Shown in pieces: positions 53,978 to 62,841 of a DNA stretch of 64,000 nt. This DNA comes from Ilumatobacteraceae bacterium (GTDB taxonomy: Bacteria > Actinomycetota > Acidimicrobiia > Acidimicrobiales > Ilumatobacteraceae): positions 49,748 to 113,747 of the forward strand of contig JAHENF010000004.1 in assembly GCA_024643255.1 (NCBI GenBank). The letters run 5' to 3'. The notes beneath the pieces are model-generated. The model worked only from the letters and a program-made list of their open reading frames with translations, did no database searches and was not told the origin of the DNA. The translations under genes were made by a program, and so were the position numbers. Position 1 is the first letter of the stretch, and each line of letters begins with the position of its first letter.

Positions 53978-54231
53978 TCGCCGACATCGCGGTCGGGATC
54001 TTCCTGCTCGCCGGGCTGCTCGCCGGTGTCCGGCTGGTTCGCGGGCCCGATCTCGTCGACCGCGTGATCTCGCTCGATGCCGCTCTCGTCGCGCTGATGG
54101 GAGCCGTCGGCGTTCGCGTTGCCGACTCCGGCGAGACGTTGTACATCGGCATCCTCGTCGTGATCGCGATCGTCGCATTCACCGCCACGGTCGTGCTCAG
54201 CCGCTTCATCGAAACGACGGGACGCCGATGA
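53974..54231 (+). CDS. mrpF: Na+/H+ antiporter subunit F
   Basis: GTGA overlap. 85 aa, three TM segments, RLVRGPDLVDRVISLDA. Confidence 0.8.
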   Translation: MIADIAVGIFLLAGLLAGVRLVRGPDLVDRVISLDAALVALMGAVGVRVADSGETLYIGILVVIAIVAFTATVVLSRFIETTGRR

Positions 54232-54578
54232 ACCCGGTCTCTGCGGTGCTCGTGGTCCTCGGCGCGATCGTCGCGTTGTTGGCGTCGATCGGCCTGCTCA
54301 CGTTCACCACGTCCTACGCCCGCTTCCACGCCGCCGGCAAGGCCAGTCCGATCGCCTTCCTCTTCGTGGCCCTCGGTGCCGCCCTCGAGGTGGGCTGGGT
54401 CGGCGCCGCCGAACTGGCGATCGTGGCGGTGGCGCTGCTGCTGACCCTGCCGGCCAGTACGCACCTGCTGTTCCGCGCGACCCACCGCACGTCGTCGTCG
54501 CACATGCGTCGCGACGACCTGCGGTCCGCCGAGGCCGAACTGGCGGCGCATGAGCGCGCCGACGGCGTGGAGCCGTGA
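54228..54578 (+). CDS. mrpG: Na+/H+ antiporter subunit G
   Basis: ATGA overlap. ARFHAAGKASP motif. Confidence 0.8.
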   Translation: MNPVSAVLVVLGAIVALLASIGLLTFTTSYARFHAAGKASPIAFLFVALGAALEVGWVGAAELAIVAVALLLTLPASTHLLFRATHRTSSSHMRRDDLRSAEAELAAHERADGVEP

Positions 54579-54611
54579 GAAGGACCCGGGCAACGTACGT
54601 CTTGCAATACG

Positions 54612-54617
54612 TATGAT
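54612..54617 (+). promoter_or_regulatory. candidate -10 (TATGAT) placed 6 nt before GTG 54624
   Basis: TANNNT hexamer with leaderless spacing. No convincing -35 and no SD. Confidence 0.35.
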
Positions 54618-54623
54618 GAGTGA

Positions 54624-54923
54624 GTGACGCTGATCGAACCGAGGCCGGACCTGCCGTCGTGGACCTTCCTGACCAACCACGCACACGTGATGGTGGCCCT
54701 CAGCCGCGACCCCGACCTGCGTCAGCGTGACCTGAGCTACGTCGTCGGCATCACGCCGGGCGCCGTGCAGCGGATCCTCGACGACCTCGAACGGGGCGGC
54801 TACCTGCGCCGCCAGAAGGTCGGCCGTCGCAACCACTACGAGATCATCGATCGGACCAGATTGCGCCACCCACTCGAGGGCGAGCACACGATCGGCGAAC
54901 TGCTCGACATGCTGCACGACTGA
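54624..54923 (+). CDS. small winged-helix (ArsR/MarR-like) transcriptional regulator
   Basis: 99 aa. FLTNHAHVMVAL..QRDLSYVVGITPGAVQRILDDLERGGYLRRQKVGRRNHYEI. Confidence 0.65.
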   Translation: MTLIEPRPDLPSWTFLTNHAHVMVALSRDPDLRQRDLSYVVGITPGAVQRILDDLERGGYLRRQKVGRRNHYEIIDRTRLRHPLEGEHTIGELLDMLHD

Positions 54924-54934
54924 GCCGGACGCTG

Positions 54935-54987
54935 CGAAATTCGGATGGGATCGTGCGCTCAGCGCACATTCCGACCCGAATTTCGGA
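54935..54987 (+). repeat. nested-hairpin repeat, family 2, copy D
   Basis: Outer arms CGAAATTCGG (54935-54944) / CCGAATTTCG (54976-54985). Inner GTGCGC-TCA-GCGCAC (54953-54967). 39/53 identities to copy E. Confidence 0.85.
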
Positions 54988-55051
54988 CGGGAGGTGGAAG
55001 TGGGGACTTTGGGCTGTCGTCGCGGGGAAATGTGCGCGACAGGATGGTTGC

Positions 55052-58000
55052 ATGAGCAACACTCCTGCCGCGGCCTGCATCGACGGAAACGAGGCTGCCG
55101 CGAAGGTCGCGTACGCGTTGTCGGAGGTGGTCGCGATCTATCCGATCACGCCGGCGTCGGCGATGGGGGAGCTGGCCGACGCCTGGGCGGCGACCGGCGT
55201 GGCGAATCTCTGGGGCGCTGTTCCCGAAGTCGTCGAGCTCCAGTCGGAGGCCGGTGCCGCCGGAACGCTCCACGGCGCGCTGCAGACAGGAGCGCTCGCG
55301 ACGACCTTCACGGCATCGCAGGGGCTGCTGCTGATGCTGCCGAACATGTTCAAGATCGCCGGTGAGCTGACCCCGGCGGTGATCCACGTCGCCGCTCGGG
55401 CGATCGCGACCCACGCGTTGTCGATCTTCGGCGATCACAGCGACGTGATGGCGGCACGAACCACCGGCTTCGCCATGCTGTGCGCGAGCTCCGTGCAGGA
55501 GGCCCACGACTTCGCCGCGGTGGCACACACCGCCACCCTGCGGACGCGAGTGCCGTTCCTGCACTTCTTCGACGGGTTCCGCACCTCGCACGAGATCAAC
55601 CGCATCGACCTGCTCGGCGACGACGACCTTCATGCGCTCGTACGCGAAGACGACGTCGCCGCCCACAAGATGCGTCGCCTGCGTCCGACGGCGCCGGTGA
55701 TGCGCGGTACTGCCCAGAACCCCGACGTCTTCTTCCAGGCCCGCGAGGCATCGAACCCGTATCACGACGCGGTTCCCGCTGCGGTCGCGGAGGTCTTCGC
55801 CGAACTCGCTGCGCTGACCGGCCGGCGCTATGGCCTCGTCGACTACGAGGGTGCACCCGACGCCGAACGCGTCATCGTGATGATGGGGTCGGGCTCTGGC
55901 GCCGCCGGCGAGACCGTCGCCAAACTGGTCGCCGACGGCGAGAAGGTGGGCCTCGCAACCATCCGCCTGTTCCGGCCGTTCCCGACGGACGCACTCCTGG
56001 CCGCGCTGCCTGCAACGGTCCGTTCGATTGCCGTGCTCGACCGGACGAAGGAGCCGGGCGCCGCCGGCGAACCGCTCTTCCAGGACGTGGTGACGACGCT
56101 GGCCGAATCGGACCGACCGAAGGTGCGCATCATCGGTGGTCGCTACGGTCTCGGCTCGAAGGAGTTCACCCCGGCGATGGCGAAGGCGGTGTTCGACGAG
56201 GCCGCGCGGACCGAGCCCAAGCGGCGGTTCACGGTGGGCATCATCGATGACGTGACCGGGCTGAGCCTCGACGTCGACGACTCGTTCCAGGTCGATCGCG
56301 TCGGTCGGTCGGCGGTGTTCTACGCCCTCGGCAGCGATGGCACCGTCGGCGCCAACAAGGCGTCGGTGAAGATCATCGGCCACCAACCCGATCTGTACGC
56401 GCAGGGCTACTTCGTCTACGACTCGAAGAAGTCCGGCTCGATGACCGTGTCGCACCTCCGCTTCGGACCCGACCCGATCAGATCGACCTACCTCGTGCAG
56501 GAGGCGGACCTCGTCGCCTGCCACCAGTTCGGTCTGCTCGATCGCTTCGACGTGCTGGCCGATGTCCGTCACGGCGGCACGTTCCTGCTGAACGCTCCCT
56601 ACCGGGCCGACGAGCTGTGGGAACACCTCCCGCGGTCGCTCCAGCGGCGAATCGTCGAGCAGGAGCTTCGAGTCTTCACGATCGACGCCACTCGCATCGC
56701 CCGCGAACTGAAGATGCCCGGGCGCATCAACACGATCATGCAGCCGTGCTTCTTCGCGCTGACCGATGTGATGGACGTCGATCGGGCGATCGGTGCGATC
56801 AAGGAGTCGATCAGCTCTGCCTACGGTCGTCGCGGTCGCCTGATCGTCGAGCGCAACGAGGCCGCCGTTGACCTTGCGCTCGCGGAGTTGACCGAGGTGA
56901 TCGTTCCCTCGTCGGTTGGTGAGGCGTCGGTCGACGAGACGCTCGACGTGCTCGACGACGTCGTGCTCGACGACTTCGTCGAGAAGGTGACCATGACGAT
57001 GATCGCCGGTCAGGGCGACCTCCTCCCGGTGTCGGCAATGCCGGTCGACGGGACGTACCCGACCGGTACGACGCGCTACGAGAAGCGCAAGCTGGCCCTG
57101 CAGATCCCGGTGTGGGAACCGGACGTGTGCATCGATTGCGGCAAGTGCGCCATCGTGTGCCCGCATGCCACGATCCGCATGAAGGCGTTCGAGCCGTCCG
57201 CGCTCGACGGTGCCCCCGACAACTTCCTCTCGAAGAACTTCCGCTCCCGCGAGCTCGACGGTCATCTGCTGACGATTCAGGTGGCCCCCGACGACTGCAC
57301 GGGCTGTGGCATCTGCGTCGAGGTGTGCCCGGCGAAGGACAAGACACAGGTGAAGCGCAAGGCGATCAACATGGCGCCGGCCGAAGAGCACCGGGAGGTG
57401 GAGCGTGAGCGGTGGGACTTCTTCACGGCGATCGCCGAGCTCGACCGCGCATCGATCACACACGACTCGGTGAAGAACTCCCAGCTGCTGCAGCCGTTGT
57501 TCGAGTTCTCCGGTGCCTGCTCTGGCTGCGGCGAGACCCCGTACCTCAAGCTGCTCACGCAGCTGTTCGGCGACCGGCTGGTCGTCGCCAACGCCACCGG
57601 ATGTTCGTCGATCTACGGCGGCAACCTGCCGACCACGCCGTGGGCCAAGGACGCCAACGGCTTGGGCCCGGCATGGGCGAACTCGCTGTTCGAGGACAAC
57701 GCCGAGTTCGGGTACGGGATGCGGCTCGGCATCGAGCACCATCAGCGCGATGCTCGTCGGCTGCTCCAGGAGTTGGCGACAGCGGTCGGCGCTGATCTCG
57801 CCGACGCGTTGCTGGCGGACTCGGCGCCCACTGATGCGGGTGTCGTCGAGCAGCGTGCCCGGGTGGGCATCCTGCGTGAACGGCTCGCCGAACTCGTCGC
57901 CGGCGACGACGCCGTCGTCGCCGAGGCGGCCCGACACCTCACCACGATCGCAGACGAACTCGTGCGGACCAGCACCTGGATCGTCGGTGGCGACGGATGG

Positions 58001-58699
58001 GCCTACGACATCGGATTCGGCGGTGTCGACCACGTGCTCGGCAGCGGCCGCAACGTCAACCTGCTGGTCCTCGACACCGAGGTGTACTCCAACACCGGAG
58101 GCCAGGCGTCGAAGGCGACGCCCCTCGGGGCCGTGGCGAAGTTCGCGATGGCCGGCAAGCCGACCGGCAAGAAGGACCTCGGAGCGATCGCACGGCGCTA
58201 CGGCAATGTGTACGTCGCTCAGATCGCCATCGGTGGCAGCGACATCCAGACCGTGAAGGCCCTCGCCGAGGCCGATGCCTGGGAAGGGCCGTCGCTGATC
58301 ATCGCCTACTCGACCTGCATCGCCCACGGCATCGACATGGAGACCTCGATGTCGCACCAGAAGGAAGCGGTGAAGTCCGGCTACTGGCCGCTCTATCGCT
58401 ACAAGCCGACCGTCGAGGAGCACGAGCATCCGTTCCAGCTCGACTCGGCAGCGCCCAGCATCCCGCTCAAGGAGTTCGCCCTCAAGGAGGCTCGATTCTC
58501 GATGCTGGCCCGATCGGATCCGGATCGGTCGGCGATGTTGCTCGGACTCGCGCAGCGCGACATCGACGAGCGGTGGCACTACTACGAGCAACTCGCGGGT
58601 GTGGAGCGCAAGGTGCACGAACAATCCGAGATCGTGATCGAGATCGATGACGCTCAGGACAACGAGAACGACGATGCGAAGGACGACGACGATGCCTGA
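55052..58699 (+). CDS. nifJ: pyruvate:ferredoxin (flavodoxin) oxidoreductase
   Basis: ATG 55052 with AGGA 7 nt upstream. YPITPAS, two ferredoxin motifs CIDCGKCAIVCP and CTGCGICVEVCP, TPP site GGDGWAYDIGFGG. Acidic tail. Confidence 0.95.
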   Translation: MSNTPAAACIDGNEAAAKVAYALSEVVAIYPITPASAMGELADAWAATGVANLWGAVPEVVELQSEAGAAGTLHGALQTGALATTFTASQGLLLMLPNMFKIAGELTPAVIHVAARAIATHALSIFGDHSDVMAARTTGFAMLCASSVQEAHDFAAVAHTATLRTRVPFLHFFDGFRTSHEINRIDLLGDDDLHALVREDDVAAHKMRRLRPTAPVMRGTAQNPDVFFQAREASNPYHDAVPAAVAEVFAELAALTGRRYGLVDYEGAPDAERVIVMMGSGSGAAGETVAKLVADGEKVGLATIRLFRPFPTDALLAALPATVRSIAVLDRTKEPGAAGEPLFQDVVTTLAESDRPKVRIIGGRYGLGSKEFTPAMAKAVFDEAARTEPKRRFTVGIIDDVTGLSLDVDDSFQVDRVGRSAVFYALGSDGTVGANKASVKIIGHQPDLYAQGYFVYDSKKSGSMTVSHLRFGPDPIRSTYLVQEADLVACHQFGLLDRFDVLADVRHGGTFLLNAPYRADELWEHLPRSLQRRIVEQELRVFTIDATRIARELKMPGRINTIMQPCFFALTDVMDVDRAIGAIKESISSAYGRRGRLIVERNEAAVDLALAELTEVIVPSSVGEASVDETLDVLDDVVLDDFVEKVTMTMIAGQGDLLPVSAMPVDGTYPTGTTRYEKRKLALQIPVWEPDVCIDCGKCAIVCPHATIRMKAFEPSALDGAPDNFLSKNFRSRELDGHLLTIQVAPDDCTGCGICVEVCPAKDKTQVKRKAINMAPAEEHREVERERWDFFTAIAELDRASITHDSVKNSQLLQPLFEFSGACSGCGETPYLKLLTQLFGDRLVVANATGCSSIYGGNLPTTPWAKDANGLGPAWANSLFEDNAEFGYGMRLGIEHHQRDARRLLQELATAVGADLADALLADSAPTDAGVVEQRARVGILRERLAELVAGDDAVVAEAARHLTTIADELVRTSTWIVGGDGWAYDIGFGGVDHVLGSGRNVNLLVLDTEVYSNTGGQASKATPLGAVAKFAMAGKPTGKKDLGAIARRYGNVYVAQIAIGGSDIQTVKALAEADAWEGPSLIIAYSTCIAHGIDMETSMSHQKEAVKSGYWPLYRYKPTVEEHEHPFQLDSAAPSIPLKEFALKEARFSMLARSDPDRSAMLLGLAQRDIDERWHYYEQLAGVERKVHEQSEIVIEIDDAQDNENDDAKDDDDA

Positions 58700-59699
58700 C
58701 CTCCACACCTCCTACCTCGGTCTGTCGTTGCGATCACCGCTCGTCGCGTCGGCCGGCCCCTTCACCGGTGACCTCGACCGGCTCGGCGAGTTGGAGCAGG
58801 CGGGCGCGGCCGCCGTCGTGCTGCCGTCGCTGTTCGAGGAACAGATCGAGCACGAGACGGCCGAGATCGACCGACTCTTCACCGTGCACAACGAGAGCTT
58901 CAACGAGGCGACGTCGTTCTTCCCCGAGCTCGATGACTACAACTCGGGGGTCGACTCGTATCTGGAGCTGATCGAGGCGGCCAAGCGGCGTCTCGACATC
59001 CCGGTGATCGCCAGCCTCAACGGCACGAACATCGGCGGTTGGGTGAAGTACGCCCGGTTGCTCGAAGGAGCGGGGGCCGACGCGGTCGAACTCAACCTCT
59101 ACACCGTGGCGGCGGATCCGTCGATCGACGGCGCGGCGCTCGAGGCCGAACACCTCGAACTGGTGGCGCTCGTGGCCGAAGAGGTCGGCGTGCCGGTCGC
59201 GGTCAAGCTCTCGCCGTACTACTCGTCGCTGGCGGCTTTCGTCGTCGCGGTCCAGGGTGCCGGGGCGTCGGGTGTGGTCATGTTCAACCGCTTCTACTCG
59301 CCGGACCTCGATCTCGAGACGCTCGACGTGCTGCCACGGATCGCGTTGAGCACCCCGGAGGAGCTGCGCCTGCCGCTGCGATGGATCGGCATCCTGCGCG
59401 AGCACCTGTCGGTGTCGATCGCCGGGTCGACGGGCGTCCACTCGGGTTTCGATGCGGCGAAGTTGATCCTCGCCGGTGCCGATGTCGCGATGTCGACGTC
59501 GGCCGTGCTCCACGACGGCCCGGGACACTTCGCCACGATGGAGGCTCAACTCCTCGAGTGGATGACCGATCACGAGTACGAGTCGGTGTCACAGATGCGC
59601 GGTGCGGTGGCGAGTCATTCGGTGACCGATCCAACCGCGTACGAGCGGGCGAACTACATCGGCAACATCGTCAGCTACTCGAGCCGCGTCAACCGCTGA
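58692..59699 (+). CDS. dihydroorotate dehydrogenase-like (TIM-barrel flavoprotein-like) protein
   Basis: ATG 58692 overlaps nifJ by 8 nt. LGLSLRSPLVASAGP..VIASLNG..AVELNLY..GVVMFNR..IAGSTGV pattern of the DHOD family. Confidence 0.8.
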   Translation: MPDLHTSYLGLSLRSPLVASAGPFTGDLDRLGELEQAGAAAVVLPSLFEEQIEHETAEIDRLFTVHNESFNEATSFFPELDDYNSGVDSYLELIEAAKRRLDIPVIASLNGTNIGGWVKYARLLEGAGADAVELNLYTVAADPSIDGAALEAEHLELVALVAEEVGVPVAVKLSPYYSSLAAFVVAVQGAGASGVVMFNRFYSPDLDLETLDVLPRIALSTPEELRLPLRWIGILREHLSVSIAGSTGVHSGFDAAKLILAGADVAMSTSAVLHDGPGHFATMEAQLLEWMTDHEYESVSQMRGAVASHSVTDPTAYERANYIGNIVSYSSRVNR

Positions 59700-59749
59700 A
59701 TTTCGGAGCGGATCTTGCGCTGTGCGCAATGTTGGATCCGAATTTCGGG
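59697..59749 (+). repeat. nested-hairpin repeat, family 2, copy E
   Basis: Starts at the TGA of the DHOD-like gene. GAATTTCGG..TTGCGC-TGT-GCGCAA..CCGAATTTCGG. Same orientation as copy D. Confidence 0.85.
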
Positions 59750-59787
59750 TGCGGGTGGGTGGGGTGCGGGGCTGGAGGCCGGGGGTG

Positions 59788-61014
59788 TCAGCAGACGGCG
59801 CGGACGTAGGGGTACGGGTTGACCGCACGGCCTCCGCCGGGGTGCACTTCGAAGTGCAGGTGGTTGGCGGTGGTATTGCCGGTGTGGCCGACGTAACCGA
59901 TCACCTCGCCCCGCGAGACGTTGCGGCTCGACCCCTCCCACGCGCTCAGGTGGGCGTAGAAATAGCGCGTGCCGCTGCTGCCATTGAGCCACACCGAGTT
60001 GCCGCCGAGATTGGTGGTCTTGAACTGCACGTAACCCGATTCGACGGCGACGAGGGGTGTGCCTTGCGGCGACATCATGTCGACACCCTCGTGGCTGCGC
60101 CCGCCCGAGCGGGCGGCGCCCCACGTGTCGGCGAAGGCGCGAGGCCCGGCGACCGGACACACCATGCCGCTGCCGGCGTTCGACGGTGGCGGGCTCGCGG
60201 GGGCCGGAGCGGCCACGATGCCGCGCGGGGCGACAGCAGGCGCAGGCGACGAGCCGCCGGACGAGCTCGAACTGCTGCTCGAACCACCGGAACTGCCTGA
60301 ACGGCTCGAACCGTTGCTCGCGCTGGTCGACGTGCGGGCGGCACTCGCGGTGGCCGCGGCCGCCGCCGCAGCTTCCTGATCGGCGCGGATCTTGCGCTGG
60401 CGTTCGAGTTCTCGCTGCACCGCCACGTCGGCCAAGCGCTGCTTTTCGACCTCGGCGAGCTTGACGACCTCGGCTTCGGCGTCTTTCTGCAGACGCTCGA
60501 ACTGCGTGCGGGCGTTCGCCGTTGCCTCCTTCTGGCGTTCGAGGTCGGCGCGCTGGCTCTTCACCTGCTTCATCACGGTGTCGAAATCGTCGAGTTCGAC
60601 CGAGGCGGCCCCTCGGGCGACCGACGCCTGGCGATCGGCGGTGATACCGGCGTTGGCCTGGTCGAGATCGATCAGGAGCGGCATCGCCGAGCCGGAGTTG
60701 ACGAAGCTGCGTTGCGCGTCGGCCTGCAGACTCGATCGCATACCGGCGGCCTGTGCTTCGACCGCGGCGAGCTGCTTTTCGGCGTCGGCGATTCCGATAC
60801 TGAGTGTGTCGAGTTCGGACTCGGCGTCGAACATGGCCTGCGCCGCCGCGTTCGCGCGGTCGCGCGCGGCCTGGATCTCCTGGGCGGCGCGGACCGCCGC
60901 AGGATCCTGGGCCGAGGCGTTGTCGCCGACGGGCACGAACGCCGACGCGAGCGCAACGGTGACGAGCGCGACGATCCAGCGGGTGAGCCCCGGGGGAACG
61001 CGCCGTGCCGACAT
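59788..61014 (-). CDS. M23 family peptidoglycan metalloendopeptidase with N-terminal coiled coil
   Basis: Signal/TM segment, about 200 aa of heptad-like Ala/Glu/Gln-rich sequence, Ser/Gly linker. HEGVDM..GYVGHTGNTTANHLHFEV. Confidence 0.85.
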   Translation of the reverse strand: MSARRVPPGLTRWIVALVTVALASAFVPVGDNASAQDPAAVRAAQEIQAARDRANAAAQAMFDAESELDTLSIGIADAEKQLAAVEAQAAGMRSSLQADAQRSFVNSGSAMPLLIDLDQANAGITADRQASVARGAASVELDDFDTVMKQVKSQRADLERQKEATANARTQFERLQKDAEAEVVKLAEVEKQRLADVAVQRELERQRKIRADQEAAAAAAATASAARTSTSASNGSSRSGSSGGSSSSSSSSGGSSPAPAVAPRGIVAAPAPASPPPSNAGSGMVCPVAGPRAFADTWGAARSGGRSHEGVDMMSPQGTPLVAVESGYVQFKTTNLGGNSVWLNGSSGTRYFYAHLSAWEGSSRNVSRGEVIGYVGHTGNTTANHLHFEVHPGGGRAVNPYPYVRAVC

Positions 61015-61067
61015 GGATGACGACTCTACCCGTATATGACGGTTACATGACGATCAGGTGACGACCG

Positions 61068-62768
61068 TCAGTCGTCGCGTGCCCCGTCGTCGGGATACGG
61101 GAACCAGCGCAGGTGTTCGAAGTCGGCGTTCGTCTGAGGATGCGCGCACGGCGTCGGTGCACCGACGCGCGCATCGTGGAACAGTTCGTGGGCCGCGGCC
61201 AAGTGGCGGCCGAGATCGATCGTCTCGCGGTGGCGGCGATTCTCGAACTCCATCTCGCCGTGGTCGTAGGAGATCTCGGCGAGGCTCATCGACGGCCCGC
61301 GGGTGCCCTGGCGGTGATGCCACAGGCCACTGTCGGGTTCGAAGTCGTACGCGCCGAGCAACGCTGCTCCGTGGGAGGCGATCAGGTGCACCGCGTCGAC
61401 GATGTAGTCGAACGTGGCGTCGTCGATGAAGTAGTTGAAATTCACCCGCACCCAGCCGGGCTTGATGCCCTCGCACCCGCGGTTGATCTCGCGCTGGAAC
61501 TCGTGCGAACGGTCGAGGTCGATGCCGAGCAGACGGTGGCCGTACGGGCCCGCGCAGGAACAGCCGCCGCGTGACTGGATGCCGAAGACGTCGTTGAGCA
61601 GTGCGACCACGAAGTTGTGGTGCAGGAACTTGTCGTCGTGGCGGATCACGAACGACACGATCGACAAGCGGTCGGCCTCGTGACTGCCCAGCACGTTGAT
61701 GTTCGGGTTCTGCTCCCACGAGGCGATCGCTCTGCGCACGAACTCGGACTCGCGGGCCTCGATCACGTCGGGTCCGACGGCCTCTTTGAGCTGGAAGACC
61801 AGGCCGGCGCGGATCGATTCGACGATTGCCGGCGTGCCCGCCTCCTCGCGGTGTTCGATCTCGGGGTGGTAGTCGTGCTCGGCGGTGCTCACGTACCGCA
61901 CCGTGCCGCCGCCGGGCACATCGGGAACCCGATTGGAGAACAACTCGCGGCGCGCCACCAGCACACCGGGTGTTCCGGGGCCTCCGATCAGCTTGTGCGG
62001 CGAGATGAAGATGGCGTCCTTGTAGGCGAGATTGCCGTCGGTGTTCGACCCCATCTCGATCGGGACGTACGGGGCCGCAGCGGCGTAGTCCCACAACGAC
62101 AGCGCACCGTGCTCGTGGAGCAGCGTCGACACCGCCACGGTGTCGGTGATGATCCCGGTCACGTTCGACGCGGCCGAGAACGAACCGATCAACGTGTTGC
62201 GGCCGGCATGGCGGATCAGCTCGCGCTCGAGATGCTCCAGGCTGACGTGCCCGTCGGCGTCCTCGTCGATGATCACCAGGTCCGCGATCGACTCCCGCCA
62301 CGGCAACTCATTCGAATGGTGTTCGTACGGCCCGATGAAGACGACCGGTCGATCCTCCTCGGGGATGGTGGCCGAGAACCCGTACCGGTCCTCGAGCCGC
62401 GAGGGGATCTTCAGACCCATCACACCGACGAGCTTGGCGACGGCGTGCGTTGCCCCACTGCCGCAGAACACCACGGCGTGTTCGTCGTGAGTCGCGCCGA
62501 CACAGCGAGCGATGATGTCGCGGGCCTCCTCGCGCAACCGCGTGGTCTGCAGCCCGGTGCCCGACGACTCGGTGTGCGTGTTCGCGTACAGCGGGAGCAC
62601 CACCGACCGGATGTAGTCCTCGATGAACGACAGCGATCGACCCGACGCGGTGTAGTCGGCATAGATGATCGGCCGGGCCCCGTACGGACCGTCGATCACG
62701 TCATCGCGGCCGATGACCGATTCGCGGACGTAGGTGATCAGCGCGTCGGGGTCGGTCGAGCTCGCCAT
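61068..62768 (-). CDS. class V aminotransferase-fold PLP enzyme, long form
   Basis: ATG 62768. YANTHTESSGTG, lysine context FISPHKLIGGPGTPG. About 170-aa C-terminal extension. Confidence 0.75.
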   Translation of the reverse strand: MASSTDPDALITYVRESVIGRDDVIDGPYGARPIIYADYTASGRSLSFIEDYIRSVVLPLYANTHTESSGTGLQTTRLREEARDIIARCVGATHDEHAVVFCGSGATHAVAKLVGVMGLKIPSRLEDRYGFSATIPEEDRPVVFIGPYEHHSNELPWRESIADLVIIDEDADGHVSLEHLERELIRHAGRNTLIGSFSAASNVTGIITDTVAVSTLLHEHGALSLWDYAAAAPYVPIEMGSNTDGNLAYKDAIFISPHKLIGGPGTPGVLVARRELFSNRVPDVPGGGTVRYVSTAEHDYHPEIEHREEAGTPAIVESIRAGLVFQLKEAVGPDVIEARESEFVRRAIASWEQNPNINVLGSHEADRLSIVSFVIRHDDKFLHHNFVVALLNDVFGIQSRGGCSCAGPYGHRLLGIDLDRSHEFQREINRGCEGIKPGWVRVNFNYFIDDATFDYIVDAVHLIASHGAALLGAYDFEPDSGLWHHRQGTRGPSMSLAEISYDHGEMEFENRRHRETIDLGRHLAAAHELFHDARVGAPTPCAHPQTNADFEHLRWFPYPDDGARDD

Positions 62769-62841
62769 GCCTCCAGTGAACCACTTCGGCGTGTGGAACA
62801 ACCGGCGTGGCGGGAGCGGCGGTCGCTACCCTGCGCCGGAG

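Noticed and set aside
54959-58708. 1249-aa minus-strand ORF, the longest in the track, mirroring the nifJ locus
   Set aside because: It is the antisense shadow of a high-GC gene. The translation is Arg/Gly/Val/Asp/His-rich with no recognisable motif. The plus strand carries unmistakable PFOR motifs (two CxxCxxCxxxCP, GDGW TPP site). Long stop-free antisense frames are expected at this G+C content.
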